The notes below the pieces were generated by a model, which saw only the letters and a list, made by a program, of their open reading frames with translations, made no database searches and was not told the origin of the DNA. This document shows positions 13,797 to 28,596 of a DNA stretch of 64,000 nt, in pieces. Position 1 is the first letter of the stretch. Each line of letters starts with the position of its first letter. Source of the DNA: Octopus vulgaris (Eukaryota). The DNA is taken from assembly GCA_951406725.2 (NCBI GenBank), contig OX597817.1, positions 76,756,001 to 76,820,000 of the forward strand, written 5' to 3'. The position numbers were made by a program, and so were the translations under genes.

Positions 13797-14117
13797 AGGC
13801 GCATGGCTCAGTGGTTAGATCATTGATCTTAGGATCGTGAAATTGTGAGTTCGAATCCCGGACCGGGCTGCGTGTTGTGTTCTTGAGCAAGACACTTTAT
13901 TTCACGTTGCTCCAGTTCACTCAGCTGTAGAAATAAGTTGCGACGTCACATGTACCAAGCTGTATTGACCTTTGCCTTTCTCTTGGATAACACTGGTGGC
14001 GTGAAGAGGGGAGGCCGGTATGAAAGGGCGACTACTGGTCTTCCATAAAAACAACCTTGCCTGAGAGGGTAACTTTCTAGGTGCAATCCCATGGTCAGTC
14101 ATGATCGAAGGGGTTCT
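13797..14117 (+). mobile_element. Full-length tRNA-derived SINE, family C
   Basis: ggcgcatggctcagtggttag (A box), gagttcgaatccc (B box), core gttgtgttcttgagcaagacactttatttcacgttgctccag. Confidence 0.9.
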
Positions 14118-14432
14118 CAGCTCAGCTGAATTTAGGGACAAAGCCAGCGTAGTTGAAGCGGAGGGATGTTAGTTGGTACCGTCGGTCCTAGTATTTGTCT
14201 GGTATTTTATTTAATCGAACTCAAAAGGAAGAAATGCAAAGCTAACCCTAGTGGGATCTGAACTCAAGAGACTAAAGAGTCGGAGCAAATAGCAACGTAA
14301 GGCGTTTTCTCAACCCTCTAACGATTCTGTCAAATAAACATCAAAACTGAGCTTAATATTTTTAGAGACTAGAATTAAATATTAACAAGAAGGGTACAGG
14401 AATGCAGTAGAAACCCTTTAACATTTTACTGG

Positions 14433-14656
14433 TTTACTCTTTTTACTCTTTTACTCTTTTACTTGTTTCAGTCATTTGACTGCGGCCATGCTGGAGCACC
14501 ACCTTTTAGTCGAGCAAATCGACCCCGGGACTTATTCTTTGTAAGCCCAGTACTTAATTCTATCGGTCTCTTTTGCCGAACCGCTAAGTGACGGGGATGT
14601 AAACACACCAGCATCGGTTGTCAAGCAATGCTAGGGGGACAAACACAGACACACAA

Positions 14657-14703
<47 letters not shown>

Positions 14704-14870
14704 TACGACGGGCTTCTTTTCAGTTTCCGTCTACCAAATCCACTCACAAGGCATTGGTCGGCCCGGGGTTATAGCAGAAGACACTTGCCCAAGATGCCGC
14801 GCAGTGGGACTGAACCCGGAACCATGTGGTTGGTTAGCAAGCTACTTACCACACAGCCACTCCTGCGCCT
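14433..14870 (-). mobile_element. Full-length family B SINE
   Basis: Reverse-complement homologue of 10425-10860 with a (gagtaaaa)n tail. Confidence 0.9.
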
Positions 14871-16337
14871 ACAAATGTTTCAGTCACAAACGCGTGTTGT
14901 ATTATTTTAAGTACTTGGATCGAAGGTATCGACTTAGCCTCTCCCCTCAAAAATTATTCGTCACGTGCATAAATCAGAAATCCTTAACACGTAAAGAGGT
15001 AAGAAAGGAAATTGTGTTTAGATTTCTATGTGCTACTTATACCCACTGAATTGACATAGAAATACCTGTTTATATTTTAAAGATTGCAAGAAAGAAAGAA
15101 TGTACCAGCACCGAAAAACACACAATTTTGTACAAGAACTGCATAAATAAATTCCCAATATTTTGGGGGAATTTATTTGGTAAATGTTCAATCCGGGGTT
15201 ACAGTAGAAATCAATTCCCAAGGTGTGATACAGTGATACTGAACCTAAAAACCACATGGGTGCAAAGCAGTGCCTTGAACTTCTGAAAAACTGAAGAAAA
15301 TTTCCGTATCACAAACTTACAGTTAACATTTTAACTTAGTTTCCAATATGATAACCTTTTCTTTTGATAGATATTGATTTCAGTAGTAATAATTTTTGTG
15401 AAACTGCTCCTAGTCGAATGATCGACACTTCTGTCTCTGCCATAACCGCAAATACATTTGAATGGTAAGTAGAGCTTTCTGCTGTTAAAAGACCGGCTCA
15501 GAATTTAATGAATTGTCTTGCTTTGGTGAATTTAAGCCTTCCAATGATCCTGGGTTGATATATAAGTCCTCACAATTTAAAAATAAATTCCAATGGTAAG
15601 TAACGTTTCCTGCTGTAAAAGACGGGCTCGAAGTTTAACGAATTGGCTGGCTTCGATGCGTCTATTTCTTCCAATGGGTTTGGGTGGAAATACAAGTCCT
15701 CACAACTTCAGTCCGTTTAGAATAATTTATTCACTTGGAGGTTGAGCGAGACTCAATGTAGAAGGATATTGTATTGTTGGGTTTGGAAGCATAAAGGCCA
15801 AAGTAAAATACTTCGACACGGTGATCCTTTTGTTCTCATATATAAATGTTTCTAGAAGTGTTATATGGCAATATTGTAGCAACACTCCATTCCAACTCTA
15901 AGATCTATAGAACGCTGAGAATTAACGTAATAAGCAGAAAAAAGGCCCAAAAAGTGATCGGTGGACTGTGTTCAATGTTGATTGGACACTGGCCCAATCT
16001 AGTTTGTGTTCCCTGGACGAGTGACTATGTTCTTCGACTTGAAACACCCAGTGATGGTGTGTCCAAGAATTGTATCTATAAATGTATGTTGGACTAAACT
16101 GTATTATTATGGATTAAAGAAAAGTACGGTCATATATCATGTGAGTTTAGGTTAGGTTAGCTAATGTTATAAAGTCATTATCCTAACCATGATTGATATT
16201 CACTTAAATTTAGTGGAAATACTGAGATGTAAATGGATTGATAAAATCCATCACCGATAGTGAAAGAGGTGCATGTGTGCGAGACAGAGTGCAAGAGAGA
16301 GAGAGAGAGAGAGAGAGAAGATAGATAGCTAGCTAGC

Positions 16338-16399
<62 letters not shown>

Positions 16400-16457
16400 C
16401 GTAGATAGATAAATAGAAAGAAAGATAGGTAGTTATATAGATAGATAGATAGATAGG

Positions 16458-16605
<148 letters not shown>

Positions 16606-17475
16606 TGAAAAGTTAAAACATGTATATGCAGAGACGGACAAATGGACAGAAAAGCTTTAGGCATAGAGGTGAGGGACGAATGAAAGTATAGAACATATTG
16701 TTTGGAAAAATCAGTTGATATAGGAATATTGTATGGTTGATGCTTATAGGAAAACAGATGACAAAAATTATCTAAAGAGAGTGAAACATACAGGTAGAAA
16801 TCGAGACAGATCAAGACTGAGAAAAAAAGAAAATGGTAAACAAGACCGGGATGGAGAGACAAAGAGATGGAGAGGTGGCATACAAAGGGAGGGAATAAGA
16901 AATAGACACAAAATAAGGGGAAAAATAGTATAATTTCATAATGTGATAAGAATGGATATTAGTGCTCCAGATGGAGTGATCGAAAGGCTGGTGGACTGAG
17001 AGTCTGGAAAAATAACTAGAAGCACAGAAGCAGTAGGATACAGAGATAAAAATACAAATACAATAACTACATACATATATTCACGCATACATATATATAT
17101 GCATATATATATATATAAATATAAATATATTTGTATGTATATGTATATATATGTATATATATATATATATATACGGATGACTTTGATAGATAGATAGATA
17201 CGAAAATTAGTCTGTTCACCTGAAGGAGACGGTGGGGAAATATGAAACCAGGTGAAATATTGCAGTTCGAAAGTAAGACACACACACATACACACACATA
17301 CACACATAAATATTTAGTATATATGTAAGTATGTATGTATGTATGTATGTATATAAGTTCATATATATTTATATATATATGTATATATGTATGTATATAT
17401 TACTGATAAACACACACATATATATATGTAACACATGTATATACAAAACATATATAAATATAATACATACATACA

Positions 17476-17560
<85 letters not shown>

Positions 17561-17636
17561 CTTTATACATACATACAGAAAGAGAGAGAGATACGGATAG
17601 ACAAAAAACAGATATATATATAGATAGGTAGGTAGG

Positions 17637-17750
<114 letters not shown>

Positions 17751-18561
17751 TGAGAAGAGCGAGTGGCTGCCAGTGATAGAAAGGATGGGGGAAATATGAA
17801 AGCAGGTGAAATAAGTTTAGAGAAAATACAAGAGATGAACGTTGGCAACCTGCAGATTATTTAAAAGCTAACTCGCTATCGCAACAAACAGTATGTATGT
17901 CTTCATTTTAAATGCGTAATAGCAATTCTATGAATAGAAACGGGAAAAAAAAGAGAGTGAAAGAGAAAATTTCAGAAAAACCGTAGTCCTTCGCTAACTG
18001 ATTCTTTGAGATGAGCATTAAGTTGTTATCAGGTTTTTAATAAATACATCAGTATAATGGATAAGGTTATCAGAAAGGTTCTGGCTTTTGTATTTAATAC
18101 AACTGGAAATTAGAAACGAGTGACAAAACTTAAGAGATATGTGAGAGAATATAATTATAATTCGCATAAAGTAATTTATCGTCACGTCGTCTCACACTAC
18201 CTACCCATCCAGCAGTTTGCAGAATATATTTTTTCTTCCTCTATACAAATGTTTAGAATGTATAAATGCTGTCCAATATTTTATGTTTCACACAATTTCT
18301 GTTGACATGGATGTCACAAATTACGATTATGCATAACACCATTCATATTGTGAAATCCCAGTGCCTGCATGTGTGTATGTATGTATGTGTGTATGTATGT
18401 ATGTATGTATGTATGTATGTATGTATGTATGTATGTATGTATGTATGTATTTATGTATGTATGTATGTATGTATGTATGTATGTATGTATGTTTGTATGT
18501 ACGTATGAATGCATGTATGTATGTATGTATGTATGTATGTGTGTGTGTGTGTTTATATATA

Positions 18562-18790
18562 TTCTTTTACTTGTTTCAGTCATTTGACTGTGGCCATGCT
18601 GGAGCAAATCGATCCCAGGACTTTAGTCGAGCAAATCGATCACAGGACTTATTCTTTGGAAGCCTAGTACTTTTCTATCGGTCTCTTTTGCCGAGCTGCT
18701 AAGTTACAGTGACGTAAACGCACCAGCATCAGTTGTCAAGCGATGCTGGAGGGACAAACACAGACACACAAACATATACATATATACGAA
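18562..18790 (-). mobile_element. Family B SINE, 3' half
   Basis: ttttacttgtttcagtcatttgactgtggccatgctggagc...gggacaaacacagacac. Confidence 0.85.
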
Positions 18791-19134
18791 CAATTTGTAC
18801 GAGAATATTCCTTTGAAAGTCACGTAAGTACGAAAAGGAACACATGCAGACAAACATTTTGTTACAAAAAAAAAATCTAAAGAAATGCCACGCTCGGAAC
18901 TGTATATTAATAATTGCTTTCAAGTTTTGACACAAAGCCAGCATTTCTGGGGAGTGTGTAAATCGATTAGATCTTATTTTATCGATCCCCAAGGATGAAA
19001 AGCAAAATAAATCTCGATGGAATTTAAACTCAGTAAGTAAAGACGAACAAAATGCCGTTATGCATTATTGCTCAGCGCGCTAACGATTCTGCGATATCAC
19101 CGCTTTCTGAATATTAATAACCAACGTTAAGAAA

Positions 19135-19480
19135 AAAGAACGTAACATCAGTAATCTGTGGATGAAGGACGCCCTTCTTATTCATAAAATGAATCCGTTG
19201 ATCAAAAATGGGCGTGAGTTACACGAAGCAGACTGTTTATTTCAACTATATTATTCTGCACATAATCACTAACATCACGCCTTTACACAAAAGATAGCAG
19301 CTTGACATCATCATCCGCTCTCAGGATAGAAATCTATGTGTTGTCTAGCACTCACCGGCTGAAGTTTTAAATAAATTTTGTCTCATCACAACCTAAATAA
19401 TCACATCAAACCCAAGTAATCAAAGCTCCTGACAAAACCTGGAGCACAGTTTTATCATATGAATTTTAATGCATTACGCA
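19135..19480 (+). pseudogene. Possible 3' end of a Penelope-like element (GIY-YIG C-terminus)
   Basis: Reads KERNISNLWMKDALLIHKMNPLIKNG, similar to the PLE GIY-YIG terminal pattern L.I.EAL.I....P.LN. Ends near a (TA/TG) repeat. Motif recall only. Confidence 0.35.
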
Positions 19481-19578
19481 TGTATTTTCACATGTGCGTA
19501 TGTATATATATGTGTGTGTATGTGTGTGCGTGTGTGTGTTTGTGTGTGTGCGCGCGTATAAATATATGTATATGTATA

Positions 19579-20046
19579 TATTCGACGGGAAGTCAAAAAT
19601 TATCCGCACTTTCACCATAACAAATCTTTATCATTGTCACACTGCTTTTGGCGCATGCGGGCTTATAGTTGGTACTGTTGCGGTCACATGATCGAAGTTT
19701 AAGCCTAGCTCATCGCTCAATTTTCCTTTCTGACTTTACAGTGTATGCATGCCCGTCAGCATCCACCATTCAAAAAAAGATTTAGCAACCTCCAGTGATG
19801 GTGATGGTGAACCGGTTCACCATTAGCATCTCTCGGATAACTGCTCTTTATTCTACTTTGGTGCACATTGCTAATGGAGCGGCGATGCTTACACTGGAAA
19901 GTCAGAGAAAAAGGGCACGATCAGGCTCAAACTTTGATAACGTGATCATAATATTACCGACTATAAGCACGTATGCGTAGAAGGCAGAGTGACAATGAAA
20001 AAGCTATGTTATGGCGAAAGTGCTGATAATTTTTGACTTCTCGTAT
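19579..20046. mobile_element. Mariner-derived fold-back MITE
   Basis: Ends gaagtcaaaaattatccgcactttcaccataac and gttatggcgaaagtgctgataatttttgacttc. Inverted similarity extends ~175 bp inward. TA flanks. Confidence 0.8.
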
Positions 20047-20329
20047 ATATGTGTGTGTGTGTAAATATATATATATATATACACACATATATACATACAT
20101 ACAAACATACATATATATGTACTTGTATACATACATATATATACATACACACACACACAAACACACATACACACACATATATATATTTGCCCATATAATA
20201 CAGTAAATGAATTGATTGCATCGCAATCATTAACATTTATGTATTAACTTTGTTGGGTACTTCACTAGCAGTATATTGGATATACGTTATCCCATAGAGG
20301 GTTGCATTCACAACCCCTATCTCAATTTG

Positions 20330-20362
<33 letters not shown>

Positions 20363-20371
20363 GTGTAAATC

Positions 20372-20795
20372 TTTTTCATTTACTTCTTTCAGTCACTTTG
20401 CCCGCATTCCTGCTGGGAAACCACCTTGAAGTGTTTGTTTTTACTCGAACAATTCGACCCGCTAAGTTACGGGGACGTAAACACACCAACACCGGTCGAC
20501 CAACTGCGCGGGGGATAAATGCGGACATAAAGACACACACACATACATATATACATACACATACATACACATACACTACTACACATACATACATATATAT
20601 ATACACATATACAAATATACACACACATACACACACACACACACACACATATACGGCAAGCTTCTTTCAGTTACTGTCTACAAAATCCACTCACAAGTCG
20701 TTGGGGTCGGCTTGAGGCCACATTGGACGACCTGTCCCACGCAATGGCACTGGACGCGGAACCATGTGGTTCGGAAGAAATCTTCTTACCACATA
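20372..20795 (-). mobile_element. Diverged family B SINE
   Basis: gctaagttacggggacgtaaacacacc...aaatccactcacaag...ggaaccatgtggtt...cttaccaca. Confidence 0.75.
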
Positions 20796-20947
20796 AAAAT
20801 TCCTAAAATTGGGCAACACCAAATAACCTTAGCTTCTAAGAACCCACCTAAATATCCCAGCTGTCCCTAAAAACTCGAGCTGTACTAAACTGGGTTTTAT
20901 GCCTATCATCATCATCATCCTCATCATCATCATCATCATCACTATAT

Positions 20948-20982
<35 letters not shown>

Positions 20983-21191
20983 GAGTGAGAGCAGTGCATG
21001 CCATCAAAGTGACACTGAGGTAAAATATACGAAACCCAGTATACCCATCATGACTACCCGTCTGTTAAGGCTACACCAGGCACATGCATCATAACCATAT
21101 GTGCGCGACATGGTGATCTCATATCAAGATAAACTGTATATGACCTTGTAGGTGGGGCCTAGTTAGAATTTTCCAGAGGTGAATTATTCAA
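20983..21191 (-). mobile_element. Copy of the 3684-4232 family
   Basis: gagcagtgcatgccatcaaagtgacactg..., next to (TTA)n, with an internal deletion. Confidence 0.8.
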
Positions 21192-21275
21192 GACTTTATG
21201 TAACCCCACTTTGTCCTTCATGTTTTGTAATTTTCAATATTACTTTTGTTGGCGCTTGTGGTAAATAAAGAACTA

Positions 21276-21372
<97 letters not shown>

Positions 21373-21375
21373 CAC

Positions 21376-21438
<63 letters not shown>

Positions 21439-22111
21439 TACTACTACTACTACTACTATTATTATTATTATTATTATTATTATTAAAAATATTTTTATTA
21501 CATTTTCGTTCGATCTGCAACCCGGTTTGTTTGTTTTCCCACTTTTTCTCTTTAAGATAAGAGAGGGATAAGGGGAGAGGAGGAGAGAGAGTGAGAGAGA
21601 GAGAGCGAGAGAGAGAATGGGGAGAGAGAGCTATGGAAAACAAACACCACCAAAGAAAATAAATGATATACCTTAACATACAATCACAGATACAGACAAA
21701 AAAAAACATAAAAAACATGCTCTTAACCATTACAAGCAACAATAATGTATTAGTTAAAGCATACGACTTGCGTCACCAAACATGAAGCATGGCGGTAGTT
21801 GCTTCTCTCCGAAGCCTGGCTGGAAGAGCAAACGAACAGAGAAAACAATTCAAACAATTACACTCGTTGAGACAACCATTTACGATTGTCAGCCATCTTT
21901 GCTCTTCTTATCTGATATTTCATGGCATGCTTACGTCAGGAACCCCATGCGAATATCTTTGTACGCTTGCATGTGTGTGTGTGTATGGGGGGAAGGTCGA
22001 TGTTGTGTGTGTATGTGTGTGTTTATGTGGGGTTTGTGCGTGTGTTTACGTGGGAGTGAGTGTATGCGTGTGTGTATGTGTGCACTCGCCTTTATCTATC
22101 TATCTATCTAT

Positions 22112-22150
<39 letters not shown>

Positions 22151-23013
22151 TATGACATATGCTGATAAACGTCAGTGCAGTGCATTCGTAAATCTGTATG
22201 TGCTTACAAATATAATACGCAACACACACATACACACGCACACACACACACACACACACAAACACACACAAACCCATACACCGTACTCTCTCACACATAT
22301 ATATGTGTGTGCGTGTGTTATGTATGGATATAATTGCAAATATTCGTGCATATGAACTCACATGAACACACACACATACACACACAGAGGCGCGCACACA
22401 CACGTATCTGATACATAATCCATGCACCAATACATATGCATGCAAACTCATGCAACCGCACATTCATGCACTCGAATACATACGCACGCTACACATGTTT
22501 ATGTGTGTTTGTGTGTCTCTTCAATGTCTCTTCAATTACTGACGTAAACACACACACACGCAGACACTCTCACGTATCATATGCATATATAGACCTATAT
22601 AAACGTATACATTGGCACACTCACTTACACCCATAGAAATATATATATATATATGCGTATGTGTGTGCTTGTGTGTGTGCATGTTTGTGCGTGCGTGTTC
22701 GTGTGTGTATATGTGTGTGTGTGTGTGTGTTTGTTCGTACGTCTACGTACATCTTTTCATGCGTATGTATATAATCCTTCTTAAGTCCATAAGAAGGTGT
22801 TTATGTGACAGAAACACATACATACACACCCGCACGCTCACTGCATATACACATACACACATACGCATACACATACACGAGCATACACTAACATACATAC
22901 ACGGTCATCCCGCAGATACATATATACCTGCATGCATACATACATATATACATACATTCATACATACACACAAACATATATATACCTATATACATACACA
23001 CACACATATATAC

Positions 23014-23051
<38 letters not shown>

Positions 23052-23126
23052 TCGCATACGCATACACGCTCACACACTCACACAAATATACACACATGCA
23101 CATATATATATGTGTGTGTGTGTGCG

Positions 23127-23168
<42 letters not shown>

Positions 23169-23882
23169 TATATATACATAATATATATATTATGTATATA
23201 GATTTATATTCATAAATTTATACACAGGCTTGTACAAGTGCGTTAGTGTGTGCATACACGCGTGTGTGTGAGTGCACGCGATTGTGCGAACGTGCGTGCG
23301 TAAGTGCGTTACTGTCTGTCTCTTTGCGTAAAACCGATAAGACGCCAGGTGTTGATAAGAATACGTATGACATCTGGCGTGCTGTGAGACTGCTATTTCG
23401 CACCAATTCCATTTCACAAAGAACTCCAAGAACTCTACTGACTGCTCTTTTATTCAATATTACGCTATACGTCTCTTTTTTTTTTTCACCAATCTGTTCT
23501 CCTTTCTTTCAGTTCATATTTCACCGTCTCTGTCTTCTGCATCTTCTTCTCTTTCTCTCTCTCCTTCTTTCTCTCTCTCTCTTCTTCTTCCCCTTCTTTC
23601 TTCCCTTTCCGATTTCTATAGGAAATTAGTACGAATCCCTGAGAACTAACTAACTAGCTGTTTTAGCTGGAAGATAAAACGTTGGAAACTAAGCAAAGCG
23701 ACAGCCACAGTGATAACAAGATTAATGTTGTTACATACTACCGTTACTGTCCAATGGTACTATTGCTGCTGTTGCTGTTGCTGTTGTTGTGGTTAATATT
23801 TTGTTGTTTTCTTTAACGTAAATATTATTATTGTAATAATAATAATAATGATAATAATAATAATAATAATAAAAATAATAAA

Positions 23883-23915
<33 letters not shown>

Positions 23916-23959
23916 TACTGTTATTATTATTATTATTGTTGTTGTTGTTGCTGTTGTTG

Positions 23960-24820
<861 letters not shown>

Positions 24821-24822
24821 CA

Positions 24823-24872
<50 letters not shown>

Positions 24873-25589
24873 GTTGTTGTTATTGTTGTTGTTGTTGTTG
24901 TTGTTGTTATTATAATAAAAATAATGATAATAATGATGCATGTGCCTAGTGTACCCTTATCAGGCATGGTTGTCATGATGGTTATACTGGGCTTCGTATA
25001 TTTTACCCCAGTGTCACTTTGATGGCATGCACTGCTCTCTAACTCAATAATAATGATGATAATAATAATATTCATCATCATCATTATCATCATTGTCACC
25101 CCCCTCATTAGCACCTTAACCTCCACAACACTCACTACTACTACTACTACTACTACTACTTCTCTACAGCCACCACCACAACCACCACCATTACCACCAC
25201 CACCGTCATCATCCTTATCAATATCCTCATTCTCATCACGTCGGAAAAGTTGCTTAGTGTCATTCTTCTGGCTCTTTACATTTCGAGTTCAAGTCCTACC
25301 GATGACAAATTACTTCTCAAGTACTGGTGTCGGTGTAATAGACCAATTTCCAATCCATTAAGGAACTACTGGCCTTGTGTCAAAATCTGAATTAAATAGC
25401 CGTGGACTGGAATAGTGTTTTCGACGCTCGATGGGATTATGTAGGATTAAGCAATAAAAGCGATTGCAACAACATCGGACATATGCTCATAGGTTTCGAA
25501 TTTTCTGAATGTGCAAGTATGAACATGGAGCAACGGTGATTGGTTCTCCAAATCGTACATGTATAGATTATTCGTTAAATTTGCCAACA

Positions 25590-26380
25590 GTGGTAGCTTA
25601 GGGTATTCAAAGTTTAAACTAGTCGGCTACACACATGGCAAATTTGTAATCTGTGCAGTTGCCTTGAGATAGAAATCATAGACAGCATTTGATAGGGGTA
25701 ATAGTCAACATGTGGTTGAAAAGAGCAATTAAGTATGAGTCAATAAAGTTTATTAAAGAGCAAGTGAGAAAGAAACAAATAGGAAAAAAGATCATTTGTA
25801 AACTAGATGAGAGAATTATAATTGGCGCCGTAACTAACGTTCTAGGAGCAACAATAGCCTTCGACTATTCCTTCAATGTGAAACACGATGGCTACGTTGT
25901 CAGAGCTAGAATTGGTGCACTAAAACAAGAACGAACGAAAGCCGTTCGATAGACACGTTTATTCGAGCTATGACTTGGAAGCAAATCTACAATTCAGTTT
26001 TTAACAGATCTGATGGTCTGTATCGTTCAAGCAGTGTTTTGCTAAACTGCTAAACTGTTCCGAGTAGGTGATAAGTCACAAAGCATTATGGATTTTAATG
26101 TCAACCTCGTCAGCCAGCTGCGACTTTCAGCAAAGGAGGAAAGGCATCGCAAAAGGGCAATAACATCAACTGAGATACGAGAAGTACTGAGTGACGCAAG
26201 GGACAAATCGTCCGGTTTGGGTCTCTGCTCTTTGAGTTTAATTGTTATATGCTAGATATATTTGATAATCTCTTGACAAACACCTATCGCAAATAGAAGC
26301 AGAACTGAAGAATTCCTAGTTCTGTTAGCCAGGATGTGTTAACGTCCGTGAGAAAGGTCACCAACAAAGGGGATATTTAA
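25590..26380 (+). pseudogene. Decayed L1/Tx1-like ORF2 fragment (endonuclease-RT linker)
   Basis: Broken frames give GYSKFK, WLKRAIKYESIKF, GYVVRAR and ITSTEIREVLSDARDKSSGLG. These resemble the G.WKLN, G..IRSR and IT..EI..A......KSPG.DG motifs. Confidence 0.55.
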
Positions 26381-26577
26381 AATAATTGAGGAATGACACA
26401 TTTCTCTTCGGTTGAAAACTCAGCGACATTTTAAAGTTCCAGTTGGAAAGGAATGTGAGGGTAGAGAGATAAGTGCTCTCTACCAGTGAAATTGTGATAA
26501 GGTAGACGACTGACAAAAATAGTTATGGCGAACCGACCTGCCTTAAGCATACTAATAAGGCGACATGAGCCAACTTC

Positions 26578-26619
<42 letters not shown>

Positions 26620-27440
26620 GGAGTACCCACTTTTGGTGATACTATCTGAATTTTATGTATGGTTTCTTTATTTTCTTGTCTGGTAATGAATATCCTTCAA
26701 CATCCAATCTATCGTATTGCAATTTCAGTTTATTAACAGGTCAGTTGGTGGTTTGCTGTTTCCATATTATATCTTGGGTGAAGATCACTCTTTCAAATTA
26801 ACTCATTCCGTCGTATATCATTATGGCATATTGTGTAACTGCGCTCTCCTTCGCCTTTGTTGTACAATTGGATTCAATGTTAGAACTAATAGTGACAACC
26901 CTCGAGCATTTATTCATATGTAAACCGAGATATTTCTTAATTCCACACTCCAACGTAACATCAGGACCATAAATATTTACAGCAGTCATGGCCAAACTAC
27001 AACCCATTCAGGTCTTTCTGAATGACACGCCATCGAAATAACTGCTTTAAAGTTATTTAGTAGTGTAGCCCGCCTGGCGGTGATTTGTCTCATGCAAACC
27101 GTTTCTCGAAATTTGCTGCCCGTGCCTGGCTTACTGTCTAGAAAATCTAGGGGCATATAACTTAAAATCGTCTATGCAGAGTAGACTACATATCTTGATC
27201 TCACACAAATGGTAGTCATTTTCCGTAGGATGTTGACATCGAGTTAATTTCTTGTTACAGATAAAACCAAAAGCCACGACAGTGAATTTTTCTTTCTCTG
27301 GAATATTTAATTTCTGATGTTAACTGTAACTGCTTTTTAGGACCCTTTTGTCGTGATTTGATATTCTTGTCTTATATTTGGACATTAGCTTTTATAAACT
27401 ATTGAAATTCCTGTATTAATCTATACATCTGCATTGATCC
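26620..27440 (-). pseudogene. Probable Penelope-like reverse transcriptase remnant
   Basis: In one frame, LCIDDFKLYAP (27181-27149) is followed ~47 codons later by YFDGVSFRKT*MGCSLAMTAVNIY. Compare the PLE RT motifs D..SLY..IP and F.F....Y.Q..G..MG..L....ANI. Confidence 0.5.
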
Positions 27441-27479
27441 ACGAATCAATAAACGCATGATAAAGTCATGACTGGCCGC

Positions 27480-27526
<47 letters not shown>

Positions 27527-27527
27527 G

Positions 27528-27596
<69 letters not shown>

Positions 27597-27899
27597 TCAT
27601 TATTTTGTAAAGAATCCCGGCAGTATGTATTTATCTGCATTCTTTTAACATTGCTATATTCATCAGTAAATAATCTTTACGATCTTATTAGTCTATCTTA
27701 CAGCTTTTCTGATATCTTGTAGAATATAATTTCTGCCCCATTGGTGGCTGGCTTTGAATGAACAGACATGAGCAGATTCAAGTTTTGCGGTGTCCCAAAG
27801 TTTCATCACCTCACTAAATCAAGTGTCTTGTGAATATCATTTGAGAGAAGTGGTTCGCCATAGCCAAAATACAACACCTATTAGCGCACTTACATTCAT

Positions 27900-28520
27900 T
27901 TTTGTGGGAACGTATTAAGGCTGAATATATATTTTATTGTTTCGAGTCTTGCTGTTTTACGTGCACACATCAACAATTTTCTTGTTTCCTGATTTCTATG
28001 AAGAAGAGCCACTATACTTGTTTAAATTCATTGATCAGGGCTAGCTTTGACCAAAGAGGCACAGCTAGGTCAAAACACGGCAGTGTTATAAAGTTCTCTT
28101 ACTTCAGTGAACCGAGTATATTGTGAACACTTATTGTGCGAAAGAAACTGTGTTCCTTAGACAAAATACTGCAGTGATTAGCATATCCACGTTCAAAGTT
28201 GTTCAAACTTGCCGTAATATATTAAGAATGAACATGTACATGATTGTTTTGATTTTTGCTGTTATCTGTGATATCAGCATGCATGGCTAAATAATTTTTG
28301 TTTACTGATTTCTATAAACAAAAGTAAAATAATGTTGTTTAGATTCGTTGAGCCAGGGCTGAGTTTGACTGAAGAGTTACAATCTAGTCGAAACATCACA
28401 GTGTCTTAAAGTCTCCTCACCTAAATGAATCTAGTTTATTGTGAATACGTATTGTTCTAAAGTAAAAGTTGTTCTCTACAAACATGATAAAATGGCTGTT
28501 ACCAAATTCCCGTTCGAATC
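27900..28520 (+). repeat. Diverged ~318-bp tandem duplication, each unit with a hammerhead-like motif
   Basis: ctgatttctat..tgttta.attc.ttga.cagggct..tttgac occurs at ~27985-28050 and ~28300-28368; downstream attgtgaa.ac.tattgt is present in both. Confidence 0.7.
28364..28410 (+). ncRNA. Type I hammerhead ribozyme motif
   Basis: tttga-CTGAAGA-gttacaatctagtc-GAAA-catcacagtg-TC-ttaaa. GUC triplet; stem II is weakened. Confidence 0.6.
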
Positions 28521-28596
28521 TATCATAATATTAAAAATGAATAGCTATTCTTATTTTATTCTGATTACTGGTTTCAGCGGCCATGTAGGAGCACCA

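Noticed and set aside
13797-13870. Functional tRNA genes at SINE heads (also 49702, 55751, 60345, 63143)
   Set aside because: The cloverleaves are imperfect and run directly into repeat bodies.
23520-23760. Polypyrimidine tract ending in tag as a splice acceptor
   Set aside because: No convincing open frame or donor follows; CT tracts are ubiquitous here.
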